From Felis catus (lineage: Eukaryota): a stretch of 64,000 nt of DNA. The stretch is taken from the NCBI RefSeq assembly GCF_018350175.1, contig NC_058372.1, positions 98,766,001 through 98,830,000 on the forward strand, written 5' to 3'. Numbering within the stretch: position 1 is the first letter of the stretch; the number at the start of each line of letters is the position of its first letter. A program made the position numbers and the translations under genes. The notes under the pieces are model-generated. The model was not told the DNA's origin and ran no database searches. It saw only the letters and a list, made by a program, of their open reading frames with translations. Positions 36,419 to 49,452 of the stretch are shown one piece after another.

Positions 36419-36609
36419 AGTCAATTTCTACTCCCGAGAAGCTACTATGGAACATCTGGGGGCTGAATCCTGCAAACTTTCTGAGGAATGTTCCGTTGGA
36501 TAGTCAGTAGCAGCTGTGTCTGAGAAAGAGAAATGCACAAGTAATATGGACCAAGGACAGAAAACCACCAAGCTTTTTACCCGACGGGGCTTTCTGGTGA
36601 CTCCTTCTT

Positions 36610-36873
36610 GTTTTGTTTTATTTTATTTTTAATATAAATTCAATGAGCCTTTTTTAAAGAATTTTTAATTATTTTTTTAATGTTTATTTATTTTTAAGAA
36701 AGAGAGAGAGCATTTGCAAATAGGGGAAGGGCAGAGGGGGCCGTGGACAGAAGATCTGAAACAGGCTTCATGCTGACAGCAAAGAGCCCAACGCGGGGCT
36801 TGAACTTGTGAACCACAAGATCATGACCTGAGCTGAAGTAGGACGCTTAACTGACTGAGCCACCCACGCACCC
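36610..36873 (-). mobile_element. Can-SINE with extended composite tail
   Basis: TSD ctggtgac(t/c)cc(t/c)tctt at 36594 and 36874. Confidence 0.9.
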
Positions 36874-37157
36874 CTGGTGACCCCCTCTTATAAGCAGCAC
36901 CCAAAGGTCTCCCACAAACACACCTCCCCGCCCCACACTGCCCTCCACACTCTTCCCCCAGGGTGATGATTCCTGACAGTCCCGATCTTCCGATAGTGCT
37001 TTTCGGTTATGAAGTCCGCTCACAGATACATGTGGCTTGGTTTATTCCACACGAGAACCTTGTGAGGTAGGGCCCTCCCTCCAGAGATGGGGAAATGGAG
37101 GCTTGCTCAAGATCACCTGGCTGTGACAGAGGGGTACCAGGACTACACCCTGCCTGT

Positions 37158-37162
<5 letters not shown>

Positions 37163-37199
<37 letters not shown>
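37163..37199. repeat. (CT)n microsatellite
   Basis: Direct reading. Confidence 0.97.
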
Positions 37200-37201
<2 letters not shown>

Positions 37202-39070
37202 GTCAGAGTGCTGTCCCTTGAACTGCCACCTTCCTGGGGAAAGGGCTCCCAAAAGCTTACAAAACAGACTCAAAGCCTGTAGAGACCAGGTGGCTTGCAA
37301 ATGAAAACAGATGTCGTAGGTTTCTTTACTCTTGCTGAATGGTCCTTGATCCCTTCCAGAATCTACTACCATGAGGTAGAATGGTAGAGTGCCATGAGGC
37401 ATTCTGTTATCGGCCACCCTGGCTGGGTGTGGGTAGTTGAGTCTGTGTTCTGTACCTGGGAGCACCCACCATGCATGAACCCTTGTTTCAGAGATACTGA
37501 CCTCAAAAGACCCCTTGCTTCCAGCCTTGCACCATTTAAATGGCCTGTATGGGGACTTTATCTTAACTTCTTTGCTCCTCCCCAGTTATTCCGCCGTTCT
37601 GGATCCCAGTAAATCCTCTACCATGTTTTTATTTGGTAATAGTGGAGGCAAGTAGCGCTTCACTTAATAACTAGCTACCGTAGAAATTGTCCCACACAAT
37701 TCTAGCATTTCACAGGCTCTTATGAGAGAGAAAGAGAGAGAGAGAGATTGTTACATGACCGAGGTACCTTTGGGAAATACTGTGTACCTCACCCTCCTTT
37801 ACAAAGTGCATTAGCTTGTTAAGGGCTCTGAGAATTTCTATAATCAAGAAAACTATTGAATTTTATTTGCCCATTTCCCCCCAAATGTATTTGATTATAG
37901 AACTATTTCTCATGGGTGACTTATTTCTCAAGAGGTGAGTGTTTCATGGAATGCATTTAGGGTGATGGGATCCCACATTCTCCCCCATCCAGTACCTATC
38001 CCTGTTGGGTTTGTCTGAATGAAGCATGCTCACTGTCTCCAGCCTTCAGAGGACGCAGCTTGGATTCCTCCCTAGCCTGGCTTTCTAGGTGCGGAACCAA
38101 CCTGTCCCTTGGAGTCTGACTGTTTCTCATTAGCCCCTCCCAACTGAGAGGAAGGACAGACTAGTCTCTGTCCTGTTTTCAGATCCACAGCCCACTGAGG
38201 CTCCCCACTGAGTTCCTGGTTTCCAATCTAACAGGAGTTTCTGGTGTCTCTTTAATTCTAGGACAGAGAAGGGTGCGGTGTTCTGAGCTTGGGGAAGGGC
38301 CAGACCTTTCCTGGGGCAGGACCCCAACCCTACCTCTTCCCCTGGGCTTTGTTTGGTGAAGGATAGGTCAGGCTTAGTTTCCCACTTGTTGGAGATTTAG
38401 AATCATAGAAACACAGCCAGGCTCCAGGGACATTAAAATGGAGACTTATGGGAAATGATTAAAATGCAGACCTGGGCTTGGGAGGGAGGTCAGGGCCAGA
38501 GCTAGAGCACAGAGTTCGGGAGGGAGGACGCTGATGGAGAGCAGGGGCTCTTCAAGGGCAGAGCAGAAGAGCAGAAGTGAGGCTTGAAGTATGAGGGCCA
38601 AACTCTAGAGAGGATTGGAGACTTCATTTGGCGTCCTTGACCTGAAAACCCCCTCATTTGTTCTCATTAGACCCATTAAATAAAGTACACCTTGAAAAGG
38701 GCTAGAGTTGGTACTGCAAACACTGACAAATTTCACAGCAAACAAGGGAAGAGGCAAACACCAAATTACCATTTTCAAATTTGTAGCAGAGATACAAAGA
38801 ATTAATGAAACAGATGAAACTTCTCAAAGAGTAACATTTTATGGAATGTTTTTCTGTATACCTTTGGGAAGCAGAAAAAGGAAAACACGTGTGAGGTAAC
38901 TTCTATAGAATAGTTTCACTAAAAACTTGGGGTATATTTACAACTCCTTATAAATGACAACTCATCTTTAAGCTCAGGAGGACTTCTGTGTCACCATGTA
39001 CAGTTTCTATCCAAACTTTGTAAACCATTTCCAATCTACACGTTCCTCACTTCCAAGCACTGTGGGGTTT

Positions 39071-39301
39071 TTTTTTATATTTTTTTTCAACTTTTATTTT
39101 ATTTTTGGGACAGAGAGAGAGAGAGAGAGAGCGAGCATGAACGGGGGAGGGGCAGAGAGAGAGGGAGACACAGAATCGGAAGCAGGCTCCAGGCTCCGAG
39201 CCATCAGCCCAGAGCCTGACGCGGGGCTCAAACTCACAGACCGCGAGATCGTGACCTGGCTGAAGTCGGATGCTTAACCGACTGCGCCACCCAGGTGCCC
39301 C
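39071..39301 (-). mobile_element. Young felid Can-SINE (SINEC_Fc type)
   Basis: CpG-rich, with gccatcagccc and gacctggctgaag; TSD agcactgtggg. Confidence 0.97.
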
Positions 39302-40109
39302 AGCACTGTGGGTTTTAAAGCTCTTTATCTCCAAGGAAATCGCGCTCGTTCTGGTAGAGATGTCCCAGAGGAGCAAGCCAACAGTATAAGAACAAATGCA
39401 GTTAGTTATTAAAAATAATTAGACTATAAAACAAAACTGTATTTCAAAACTGTAACCATGCAATAGTAACTCAAAATGATTTGAACGACGGAGTAGAGGG
39501 AAAGAAAGAGCAAAAAATCATATCTTGGTGACCTTAAAAAAATTCTCCTATCTAGAATAGAATAGACATTTTTCTCCTGCACTGAACAAGTAGCCCCTAA
39601 CCACCTTCTTTGAGGCTTTGGCAAAAGATTACTCCTGAAGTAGCTGCACCAAACCTAATGCACTCATTGTCACAGAAGCCTAAGATTACATTATATTACT
39701 TCTAAACTGGTCACCTAATGAGACTGACTCCAAGTAAAATGAAAAATGTGTCCTCCCGCTGTCTTTAGCTCTTGGGAAGGGAGAGTCTCTCTCGTGCCTT
39801 TCAGAAGAGTCAGAAGCCCCTTAGCTGCTTACAGAATTATGGCCAGTTTCTCTCTGGCACTTTCTCAAAGTTAGCACTTGCCTTGTAACATCAACAAAGA
39901 TAACAAGGAGTCTGACTGGGTATACGTGCCTCATGCTCCATTAGAAGCCCACATTTTTTGTCCATGGCCCATGGAGATAACTGCTCTCAGAGCCAGCTGG
40001 CTTTGTTGGTAGGATTCTCTCATCTATAGAGCTTGTGAAGACAAAAATCAAAATGAAGTGTTAGCAATGAAATAGTCTCTTCCCTGTTCTTCTATAAAAC
40101 ATATTGTTT

Positions 40110-40525
40110 TCAAATGTATGTGGGATTTGTAAGACACACAGACATGGAAATGACTGTTAGGAAGAAATTTTTACTAGCAGACTTCTAGAAATAGGAGGCA
40201 TACCACACAGGGCCACACTGGGAAGCACCAGGGTTGGTCAGGAGGCGGAAGGAGTGAAGGGAAAGCATAGACTTTATTGTGGTTTTTGCAGAAAGGAATG
40301 GATGCAGCAAGGTGATTGAGGGCAGGGGGAAAATTGGGTTGGTGTGTGAGAGGGATGAAGGAGGTGATTTGGTGGGTGGACTTGGCTGCCTTGCATATGA
40401 AAGGAGTGCTCACAGGCACTTTTTTACTGTCTCTAGGAATTAGCTAACCCTGGGGAGGAGCAGTCGCTCAAGGATTGGCAAGGCCCCAAGATGTCAAAGG
40501 ATCATAAAACACAGAAAATGAAAAA
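40110..40525 (-). mobile_element. ERVL LTR (MER54/MER74-like)
   Basis: Reverse complement carries cacaataaag...cctcctgaccaaccctggtgcttccc...tggccctg. Confidence 0.55.
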
Positions 40526-40797
40526 CATCATCTGATGTCCCTCCCTGCAATTCTCATTTCCTCCTCTCTCCTCTCCAACAAGGGACCAGGCTAGTCAATA
40601 GAGGCTCACCAGGCCCTGGATGTACAGTACTATTCTGTCACCCATGTAGGAACCCTTCCACAGCACCCTGGTTAAGAAACAGAATTAAAGACACTTGTAT
40701 ATCAGAATCACTTGGGGTAGTTTATTAAAAATAGAGTTCCTTGATCCAACTCCAGACTCACAGAATCCGAACTTTCCACGGTGGAGCCAAGGCCTTC

Positions 40798-41912
40798 TGT
40801 GATGGTTAATCTTGTGTCAAATTGACTGGGCTCCAGGGTACCCAGACATCTAATTAAACAATATTCTGAGAGTGTTTCTGGATGAGATTTGGATCATTAG
40901 ACTGAGTAAAGTAGATTACCCTCCCCAGTATGGGCAGGCCTCATCCAATCCATTGAAGGCTTGAATAGGACACAAAAGGCTGAGTAAAGAGAGAATTTGC
41001 GCCCTCTGTTTGACTGTCTTTGAGTTGGGGCACCAGCCTGCTTCTGCCTTTGAACTTGGGCTAGGATAAACACCACCAGCTCTCTTTGTTCTCAAGCCTT
41101 CAGACTAAGACTGAAACAAGACCATCAGCCCTTCTGGGTCTCTAGCTTGCTNNNNNNNNNNNNNNNNNNNNNNNNNNNNNNNNNNNNNNNNNNNNNNNNN
41201 NNNNNNNNNNNNNNNNNNNNNNNNNNNNNNNNNNNNNNNNNNNNNNNNNNNNNNNNNNNNNNNNNNNNNNNNNNNNNNNNNNNNNNNNNNNNNNNNNNNN
41301 NNNNNNNNNNNNNNNNNNNNNNNNNNNNNNNNNNNNNNNNNNNNNNNNNNNNNNNNNNNNNNNNNNNNNNNNNNNNNNNNNNNNNNNNNNNNNNNNNNNN
41401 NNNNNNNNNNNNNNNNNNNNNNNNNNNNNNNNNNNNNNNNNNNNNNNNNNNNNNNNNNNNNNNNNATATATANNNNNNNNNNNNNNNNNNNNNNNNNNNN
41501 NNNNNNNNNNNNNNNNNNNNNNNNNNNNNNNNNNNNNNNNNNNNNNNNNNNNNNNNNNNNNNNNNNNNNNNNNNNNNNNNNNNNNNNNNNNNNNNNNNNN
41601 NNNNNNNNNNNNNNNNNNNNNNNNNNNNNNNNNNNNNNNNNNNNNNNNNNNNNNNNNNNNNTGATTCTTATATNNNNNNNNNNNNNNNNNNNNNNNNNNN
41701 NNNNNNNNNNNNNNNNNNNNNNNNNNNNNNNNNNNNNNNNNNNNNNNNNNNNNNNNNNNNNNNNNNNNNNNNNNNNNNNNNNNNNNNNNNNNNNNNNNNN
41801 NNNNNNNNNNNNNNNNNNNNNNNNNNNNNNNNNNNNNNNNNNNNNNNNNNNNNNNNNNNNNNNNNNATTCTTATATATCTTATTGATTCTGTTTCTCTGA
41901 AGAACCAAGACA
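40798..41912 (+). mobile_element. MLT2 LTR with an internal AT-rich repeat that is mostly N
   Basis: tgtgatggttaatcttgtgtcaaattgactggg start; tattgattctgtttctctgaagaacc end. Confidence 0.85.
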
Positions 41913-43539
41913 GTTACACCTTGAAATTCCATCAAGTGCTTCAGATCTGCAGATTTAAATCTGGGGTATGTATCCTCTGGTTCCCTGTCCCTAATGGTCC
42001 ATGAAGAATTCTCTGCCTCAGCCCACACAGAATTTTCCTTTCTCTTAAATACTTGTATACTCATTCCCAGAACTCTCCATTTTTCCATGTATTGTAGTGC
42101 ATCTGAAAGTGGTTTTGGCCTTCAAAATTCCTGTCAGGCAAGCACTTATACCGAGATAAATTTTTTTTTCTTTTTGCTATCATTTCTTGTGTTAATAATT
42201 TCCTTACATCTTTGCAGCTGAAGAAATGGAGATCCATCCCAATTAACCAACTTGCCTAGAGTCACAGTGTTAGTTAATGATAGAGCCCAGAGTTGAACAG
42301 TCTCCACATGGCCTGTGTGTAATGTTCGCCAAAAGGCATGTGAATCCATGTCTGGGTTCTTTTGGAGTTTTAGGGGTGATGGAGGGCTTCGTCCCATGTA
42401 GTCCTGCCCTTAGTGAATGGCCTGTTATCAACGTCCTGTCCATTCCTGGCTCCCTGTTGCTTTATCTCACATAGATGATAGAAGGATTTCTGCCGTAAAA
42501 GATACTCATTATTTTACTCTGAATAGTCTTCTTGGGAAGTGTTCAAAGAGCTGCTTATGCTCCAGACTGTTCATTAAGATCCATTCTTTCCCTGGAGAGA
42601 GAGAAAACAAAGGAGGCCCAATGACTTCCATTCCTTTGGTGGGGAGTAGTAGCTGCATTTAAATTGCTCCCAAGAGGTCCCCGAATAGGGGCTCCATAAA
42701 GGACACTGACTGAATGACCCTCCCAGCAAAATATAAGTGGCTGTACCAGGAATGCCAGTAAGGAATTAGCCCAGGGCATGTGCAAAATGCAGCCTTCCCT
42801 CCTGTGCGCCAGCGTCTGTGGACCCACTCTGCTTTTCCTTGGTTAAATGGCAGGGGCTGGCAGTAGTTTCTGGATCAGTTATAGAATACCATTCCTGTAT
42901 CTCCCCCCCATCTCTCCCTCCCAGATCCCTATTCACACTGGCCCGGAAACTGGCTTTCCCCATAAAATGAGACAGTGGGGAAGAATCATAGTTTATGTTC
43001 ACATCCATGTCAGCGGGAAGGAAAACGGTGTCCTGGCTATGACAGGGCCTGAGTCCATCAGTGGCAGGTTCTGACTGCTGCGTGGACCTGCAATTTGGGG
43101 AAATTAAGACGATTTTAACACGCTTGGGGTGCCTACCAAAGGAATCCTATGAGGTAGCCTCAGCAGGAAGGGCTGCTCTCACAATAGCGACAATACGTGG
43201 GAAGTACTTAGAAATAAGCCCCGCCTTCCATGTATGAGACCTGCATAAAGATGAGAAGGCTTTGTGACAGGCATGGATGAACAGGGGTTCTGTACAAGCC
43301 CTGAATGTGGAAATGAAATCTGGGAGGGCTAAGTAAGGGATAAAATGCCAATTGTTCTCTTATTAGGGACAATAATAATTCTACCGTATGGATGTGGCAA
43401 AAGTTAAACGGGATGGTGTAAATGAAAAACAAGGTCAGTACTCACTCTATATGAACTATTAGGGCTATTAGTTAATTTTAACAAAACAAAACATAATTTT
43501 AAAGGGAAGCAGAGAGAATTTGTTCTACCAGATATTTAA

Positions 43540-43753
43540 TTTTTTTTTTAACGTTTTTATTTATTTTTGAGACAGAGAGAGACAGAGCGTGAACAGGGGA
43601 GGGGCAGAGAGAGAAGGAGACACAGAATCTGAAACAGGCTCCAGGCTCTGAGCAGTCAGCACTGAGCCCGACACGGGCTTGAACTCACAGACTGTGAGAT
43701 CATGACCTGAGCGTAAGTCGGACGCTTAACCGACCAAGCCACCCAGGCGCCCC
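43540..43753 (-). mobile_element. Can-SINE
   Basis: Perfect 16-bp TSD tctaccagatatttaa. Confidence 0.97.
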
Positions 43754-44028
43754 GTCTACCAGATATTTAAATATGATAGAAAGCAATGAGTAAAAGCAGC
43801 AGGCTACTGACAAGGTGGACATGTAAATAAATAGAGAATAGAAAGTATTGGGGATTCATTCTGATTGTAAGAACTTAAAGGAGCCATCACAAAACAATGA
43901 TGAAAAGAACAATTCCTTAACTATTCATGGGATAAGGTCAAGCCATTTGGAAAAAAATAATTTAGATTATCCCTTCATACCATACACTGACAATAAATTC
44001 CACATGTGTATTAAAGAGTTAAACATTT

Positions 44029-44233
44029 AAAAATTTTTTTAAATGTTTATTTATTTTTGACAGAGAGAGAGAGAGAGAGACAGAGCATGAGCAGGGAAGG
44101 GACAGAGAGAGAGGGAGACACAGAATCTGAATGGTCAGCACAGAGCCCAACGCGGAGCTCGAACTCATGCACTGCGAGATCATGACCTGAGCCGAAGTCG
44201 GACGCTCAACCAACTGAGCCACCCATGTGCCCC
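44029..44233 (-). mobile_element. Can-SINE with a small internal deletion
   Basis: TSD gagttaaacattt. Confidence 0.95.
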
Positions 44234-44342
44234 GAGTTAAACATTTTTTTTTAATAAAACACAGAAAAACTAGCAGAAAACAAAACAATAATTATAAGGT
44301 CTCTGGTAGATTCATTAACTTAAAGCTATAAAGTGATCAAAG

Positions 44343-44737
44343 TGTTAAAAACAAGACAATAGGTCCAAGATGGAGTCCCTTAACCCTAAGTCCCACATCA
44401 CCAAACCAAGAAAGCTTAATTACACTTTTGGCTTTCCTAGAAATGGAAATGTAGGCCAGTCAATGGGGAATCACCTGATCAGCACTAGTTAGGTGATCTG
44501 CCTGATAGACCCCTGCCATCCTTTCTAGGAAATTAACCTTGCAACAACCAATCGCTTCTACCCCCAGTGTAACTTCCTTGTTCCTGCTCTCTTCTGGCTA
44601 TCACAAGTCTTTCATTTTGTACAGCTCATCAGAGGTCCTTTCTATCTGCGAGATGGAATGTTGCCCAATTCATGAAGCATTGAATAGAGCCAAAAAGATC
44701 TTTAAAATGTAACTCAGTTGAAATGTGTTTCTAAACA
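44343..44737 (+). mobile_element. Solo ERV1 LTR (MER34-like)
   Basis: TGTTA...AACA termini; perfect 4-bp TSD AAAG (44339..44342 and 44738..44741); ccaagatggagtc and aacttccttgttcc motifs. Confidence 0.8.
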
Positions 44738-45229
44738 AAAGAAAATACAAAAGTAAAGATCAATAGAACTGACTACTAAAAGTGTGCTAGTTTGCCAGGA
44801 TAGAAACTGAAAGAACAGTACATTAGAGAAAACAGTTTCATTAAAAATCCAAAGGATTAATATTTATATTATATGAATAACTCACAAAGATTTATTAAGA
44901 AAACATTAAATCTATGACCTATAAATGAGAAATGATACATACAATGCATACAAGGAGAGATATAATTAGCCAAATATGTAGGGAAAATGTTCACATCCCC
45001 CTCCATCACCTAAAATAACCACTAAAACACAATATTAACATAAGAAGGAGAAAGGAGAGTATATGTATTACTTTCACAAAATGTAGAAAATCTGATAAAA
45101 CCCAATGTTGATGAGACTATTAAAACTTGTACATTTGTACATTGTTAAGTGTTACTGCAATTTGATACAGAACTCTGGAAATCAATTTGTCAATACACGT
45201 TAAAAGCCCTAAAAATCTTTTGACTTGTG

Positions 45230-45231
<2 letters not shown>

Positions 45232-45265
<34 letters not shown>
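45232..45265. repeat. (GT)n microsatellite
   Basis: Direct reading. Confidence 0.97.
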
Positions 45266-45266
<1 letters not shown>

Positions 45267-45455
45267 CTATATATTATGATATTTTGACATCTTAAAAAAG
45301 CCTTCAGGCTAAGGAGAGATTGCCCCTCTCTGGCTAGCCAATTCTTAGAGATAACAAAGGACTCAGCTGGGAGCATGGCTTTCATATGCAAACTAACCCA
45401 TCTTGTCCTCCATCTGGCCTGGGCACCCCACAAAGTGACATTCCTCTGTCTTCAT
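45266..45455 (+). mobile_element. 5' part of a MER54/MER74-like LTR
   Basis: Similar to the reverse complement of 40380..40520 (tttgacatctt...aattc.tagaga.a...tttcatatgcaa). Confidence 0.5.
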
Positions 45456-46039
45456 CCTTTAAGGGGCACCATTCAACATAAAAGCAGAATACAAGAACAA
45501 AATAATAGAGTTTGATATATAGTAGTAAAACGTTGTGAGTTTTTTTTCTGTTTAATGCTAGTAACTATTAATAATGTTGTCCATGCAATTGAAAAATTAA
45601 AAGTTACACAGCTAATAAATGTAACTTCTAACATTAGGGGATATAGATATTTCAAGAACATAATACGAAAACATCTGTACGCACTTGAATTATTACTTTT
45701 TTCCTTTAATTTAGTTAAAATATAAAATGGAAGAGATATTTCCCTAGAATATCTATTTTAATATTATATTATTATTATATGATATTATTTTATTATTCCT
45801 ATTATATGATATTATTAAATTGTGAATCTTGTCAAGAATGATGACTGGAATGGTGAATGCCAATCTTCCCCTAAGGCCTACTAGAATACTCCTACGGCCC
45901 GTGATGCTCTAGAAGAATCGACTGCCCCAGCTCTGGGTTCCCACAGTCCTTTACTTCCCCATTAGGTGCCAAAGAAGCAATCTCATCTTAGTCACATTTC
46001 ACCTCCCAAATCCTCCCTGGGATCCGTTTCAACAAAGGG

Positions 46040-47280
46040 GTACTTCTCCTCTTGACATTGGTCTTAGAAACGAGTATTTTAATATGACACCCAAAGCACA
46101 GGCAACAAAAACAAAAATACGTAAGTGGGACTATCAAACTAAAAGGCTTCTGCACAGCTAACAATCGACAAAATGAAGAGACGCCTATGAAGTAGAAGAA
46201 AATATTTGTAAACCACATATCCGATAAAGCATTAATATCCAAACCACATACCTGGTAAGGAACNNNNNNNNNNNNNNNNNNNNNNNNNNNNNNNNNNNNN
46301 NNNNNNNNNNNNNNNNNNNNNNNNNNNNNNNNNNNNNNNNNNNNNNNNNNNNNNNNNNNNNNNNNNNNNNNNNNNNNNNNNNNNNNNNNNNNNNNNNNNN
46401 NNNNNNNNNNNNNNNNNNNNNNNNNNNNNNNNNNNNNNNNNNNNNNNNNNNNTCATCCAAAAGACAAGAAATAGCAAGTGCTGGTGTGGGTGTGGAGAAA
46501 AAGGAACCCTTGTGCATTGTTAGAAGGAATGTAAATTGGTGCAGTCACTGTGGAAAACAGTATGGAGGTTCCTCAAAAAATTAAAAGTAGAACTACTATA
46601 TGATCCAGCAATCCCACCTCTGGGTACATATCTTAAGGAAATTCAAGCACTACCCCAGAGAGATAGTTGCACTCCTATNNNNNNNNNNNNNNNNNNNNNN
46701 NNNNNNNNNNNNNNNNNNNNNNNNNNNNNNNNNNNNNNNNNNNNNNNNNNNNNNNNNNNNNNNNNNNNNNNNNNNNNNNNNNNNNNNNNNNNNNNNNNNN
46801 NNNNNNNNNNNNNNNNNNNCCTATCATCTGTAGCAACATGGATGCAACTTGAAAACATTATGCTAAGTGAAATAAGTCAGAGAAGACAAATGCTGAATGA
46901 TCTCACTTCTATGCGGAATCTAAAAAGAACCAAATCGTAGAAACAGAGAACAGACTGGCGGTTGCCAGAGGAAGAGAAAGAGGGTGGGGAAATGTGTGAA
47001 TATGGCTGGGAGGTAAGCTTCTAGTTATAAAATGAATAAGTTCATGTACAGCATGGTGACTGTAGTTAACAAACTGTACTGTGTACTTGAAAGTTGCTAA
47101 GAGAGTAGATTTTTAAAGCTCTCACCACACACACAGAATCGTAATTATTTGCAAAGTGACGAATGTGTTAACCAACCTTACTGTGGTAATCACTTTGCAA
47201 TACATACATATATCAAATCACCACACTGTACACCTTAAACTTACACAATGTTATGTGTCAATTATATTTCAATAAAGCCT
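46040..47280 (+). mobile_element. L1 ORF2 C-terminus and 3'UTR (L1MA-like) with two N gaps
   Basis: Translates to [30 protein letters not shown]...ATWMQLENIMLSEISQ; ends with aataaa. Confidence 0.92.
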
Positions 47281-47998
47281 GGGGTGGGGAGCGGAAGGAT
47301 ATATCTGAGGCTGAAGCACGATGAGAATCTGGGTTGGGTTCAAAACCTACTGGCAAGTTTATGATTTTCAATTTGATCAGGAGCTGAAAAAAAACTAAGT
47401 ATTCAGTAGTCATGGTATTTCCAATTCACACATAGACCAGGAAAGAAACCTTTACAAAGTCTAAAATAGTAATGATAATAAAAAGCATCCAGGTTCCCTG
47501 AAAGATCCCACATAAATTTCCATCAAAAAGTCTCCTTTTTGCATAACCTCTTTAATAAGAGAGCTGATATGATAAATATACCATTTTTAGCAACAGGCTT
47601 GTTTTCTCTGTGGCCACTGTGATTACACTATGATTATGTTCCCTTTCTTGCTTTGGTTGCTAGGAAGCTCAAAGTCAATTTTGCAGCCCTCTTCTGCGGC
47701 ACAGGACGTAATGGTCGGTAGTTATCTCAGTGTTTTTACCTCACCTCTAGGTTTATCTGCTTTCCTTTCATTATTTTCCCTTTATTTCAGTTTTCTCAAC
47801 TACTTATCCTTTATCCTGTTATAGATAATTTTACTCCAATCCATTTTTGAAAGGAGGAAGCACACAGATTAATCAAATGTTGTATTATGCCTATTGTCAG
47901 AGTTCCTGACTCCTCCTTCTAAAGAAGTACAGCTAGGGACAGATGCCTGAGCCACCCTGAGTGCCCTTGACATGCTCCCTGACTAGAAATGCTCTAAG

Positions 47999-48389
47999 GC
48001 GGAGAAAGCCAAATACCATATGATTTCATTTATGTGTGGAATTTAAAAAACAGAGCAAATGAATAACAAACAAACAGAGCAGAATCAGATCTTAAATATA
48101 AGAACAAACGGATGTTGGGGGCAAGATGAGCAAAATGGGTGAAGGGGAGTGGGAGATACAGGCTTCCAGTTATGGAATGAGTAAGTCATGGGGACGAAAG
48201 GTACAGCATGCGTATATAGTCAAGGGTATTGTAATAGCTTTGTATGGTGACAGACTACACTTGCGGTGAACACAGCGCAATGTACAGACTTGTTGAATCA
48301 CTGTGTTGTAATTAACAACATTGAAGCTAACATAACATTGTATGTGAAAAAACTAAAAAAAAAAAAAACAGATAGATAGATAGATAAGA
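47999..48389 (+). mobile_element. 5'-truncated L1 (3'UTR plus A/GATA tail)
   Basis: TSD agaaatg(c/g)tctaag at 47985 and 48390. Confidence 0.85.
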
Positions 48390-49239
48390 AGAAATGGTCT
48401 AAGAAATCCCCCTCTAAGAAATTCAACTGCAGTTGATCAAAGCCATCTCTGATTTGAACCCTAAAATCCACTCCTATAAAATTTATTAATTAATTCAGTC
48501 TTTTTAAAAAAGTGAAATTAACATTTTTAAAGAATAACCTTATTTTTAAAAAAAGAACAATTTACACATTGGTTTCAGATACAGACTATACGTTTTGACA
48601 AATGCAGACACCTAGAGATCAATCAGCCCGATCAAGATGTAGCACTTTTCCATTACTTCAAAATTTTCCTTGGGCTACTTTCCAGTCAATCCCTCACCCC
48701 ACACCCTACCGCTGCCACCACTTATTTGCTCTCTGTCATAAATTAGCTTTCCTTGTAAAGCTTCATACAAATAGAATCATACAGTTTGCATTATTATGTG
48801 CCTGCTGTCTTTTGTTCAAAGTAATGTTTTTAAGATTCATTCATGTTGCAAGTACAAACAGTCTGATTATATTCATTGATGAGTAGTAGTCCATTGTATG
48901 GCTCCTCCATATTTTGTTTATTCATTCATCCGTTGATGGGTATTTGGGCTGTTTCCGGTTTGGGGCTCTTAGGCATAAGAGTGTCATGAACATATACATA
49001 AAAATCTTTTTGTGGACATATATTTCTCTTGGGTAAAGACCTAGGGTCACATGGTAAGTGTATGTTTAATTTCATAGGAAACTGCCAAACTGCTCTTCAA
49101 AGTGATTCTGCCATTTTATATCCCTCCAGCAACGTAAGAGTTCCGGTAGTTTCAAATCCTTGTTGACACTTGATATTGTCAGTCTTTTAAAATTTTAGCC
49201 ATTTAGAGACTGAGTCATGGTGTTTCATTGTGGATTAAA

Positions 49240-49452
49240 AGGTTTTTTTAGTGTTTATTTATTTTTGAGGGAAAGGAAGACAGAGCACTAGCAGAGGAGG
49301 GGCAAAAAGAGAGGGAAACACAGAATCTGAAGCAGGCTCCAGGCTCTGAACTGTCAGCACAGAGCCCGACGCAGGGCTCGAACCCACGAACTGTGAGATC
49401 ATGACCTGAGCTGAAGTTGGACACTTAACCGACTGAGCCACCCAGGCACCCC
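49240..49452 (-). mobile_element. Can-SINE
   Basis: TSD tcattgtggatt. Confidence 0.96.

Larger units (their letters stand above)
19347..42638 (+). pseudogene. Candidate decayed multi-exon gene (about 20 exon-like segments, family unidentified)
   Basis: Series of pyrimidine-tract AG ... GT-bounded unique segments, mostly phase-compatible and usually with 0-2 stops each; recognisable repeats fall between them. By-eye prediction only, see findings. Confidence 0.35.
43770..45230 (+). mobile_element. Old L1 ORF2 remnant interrupted by a SINE and an LTR
   Basis: ccatttggaaaaaaataatttagatt...aaataaattc...gaaaatgttcacatc...ctggaaatcaattt. Confidence 0.55.

Noticed and set aside
41105-42088. Long ORFs of 285-327 aa and other X-containing ORFs
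   Set aside because: Artefacts of N runs.
46536-46940. L1 ORF2 peptide as an active element
   Set aside because: Only the C-terminal fragment; 5'-truncated and diverged.
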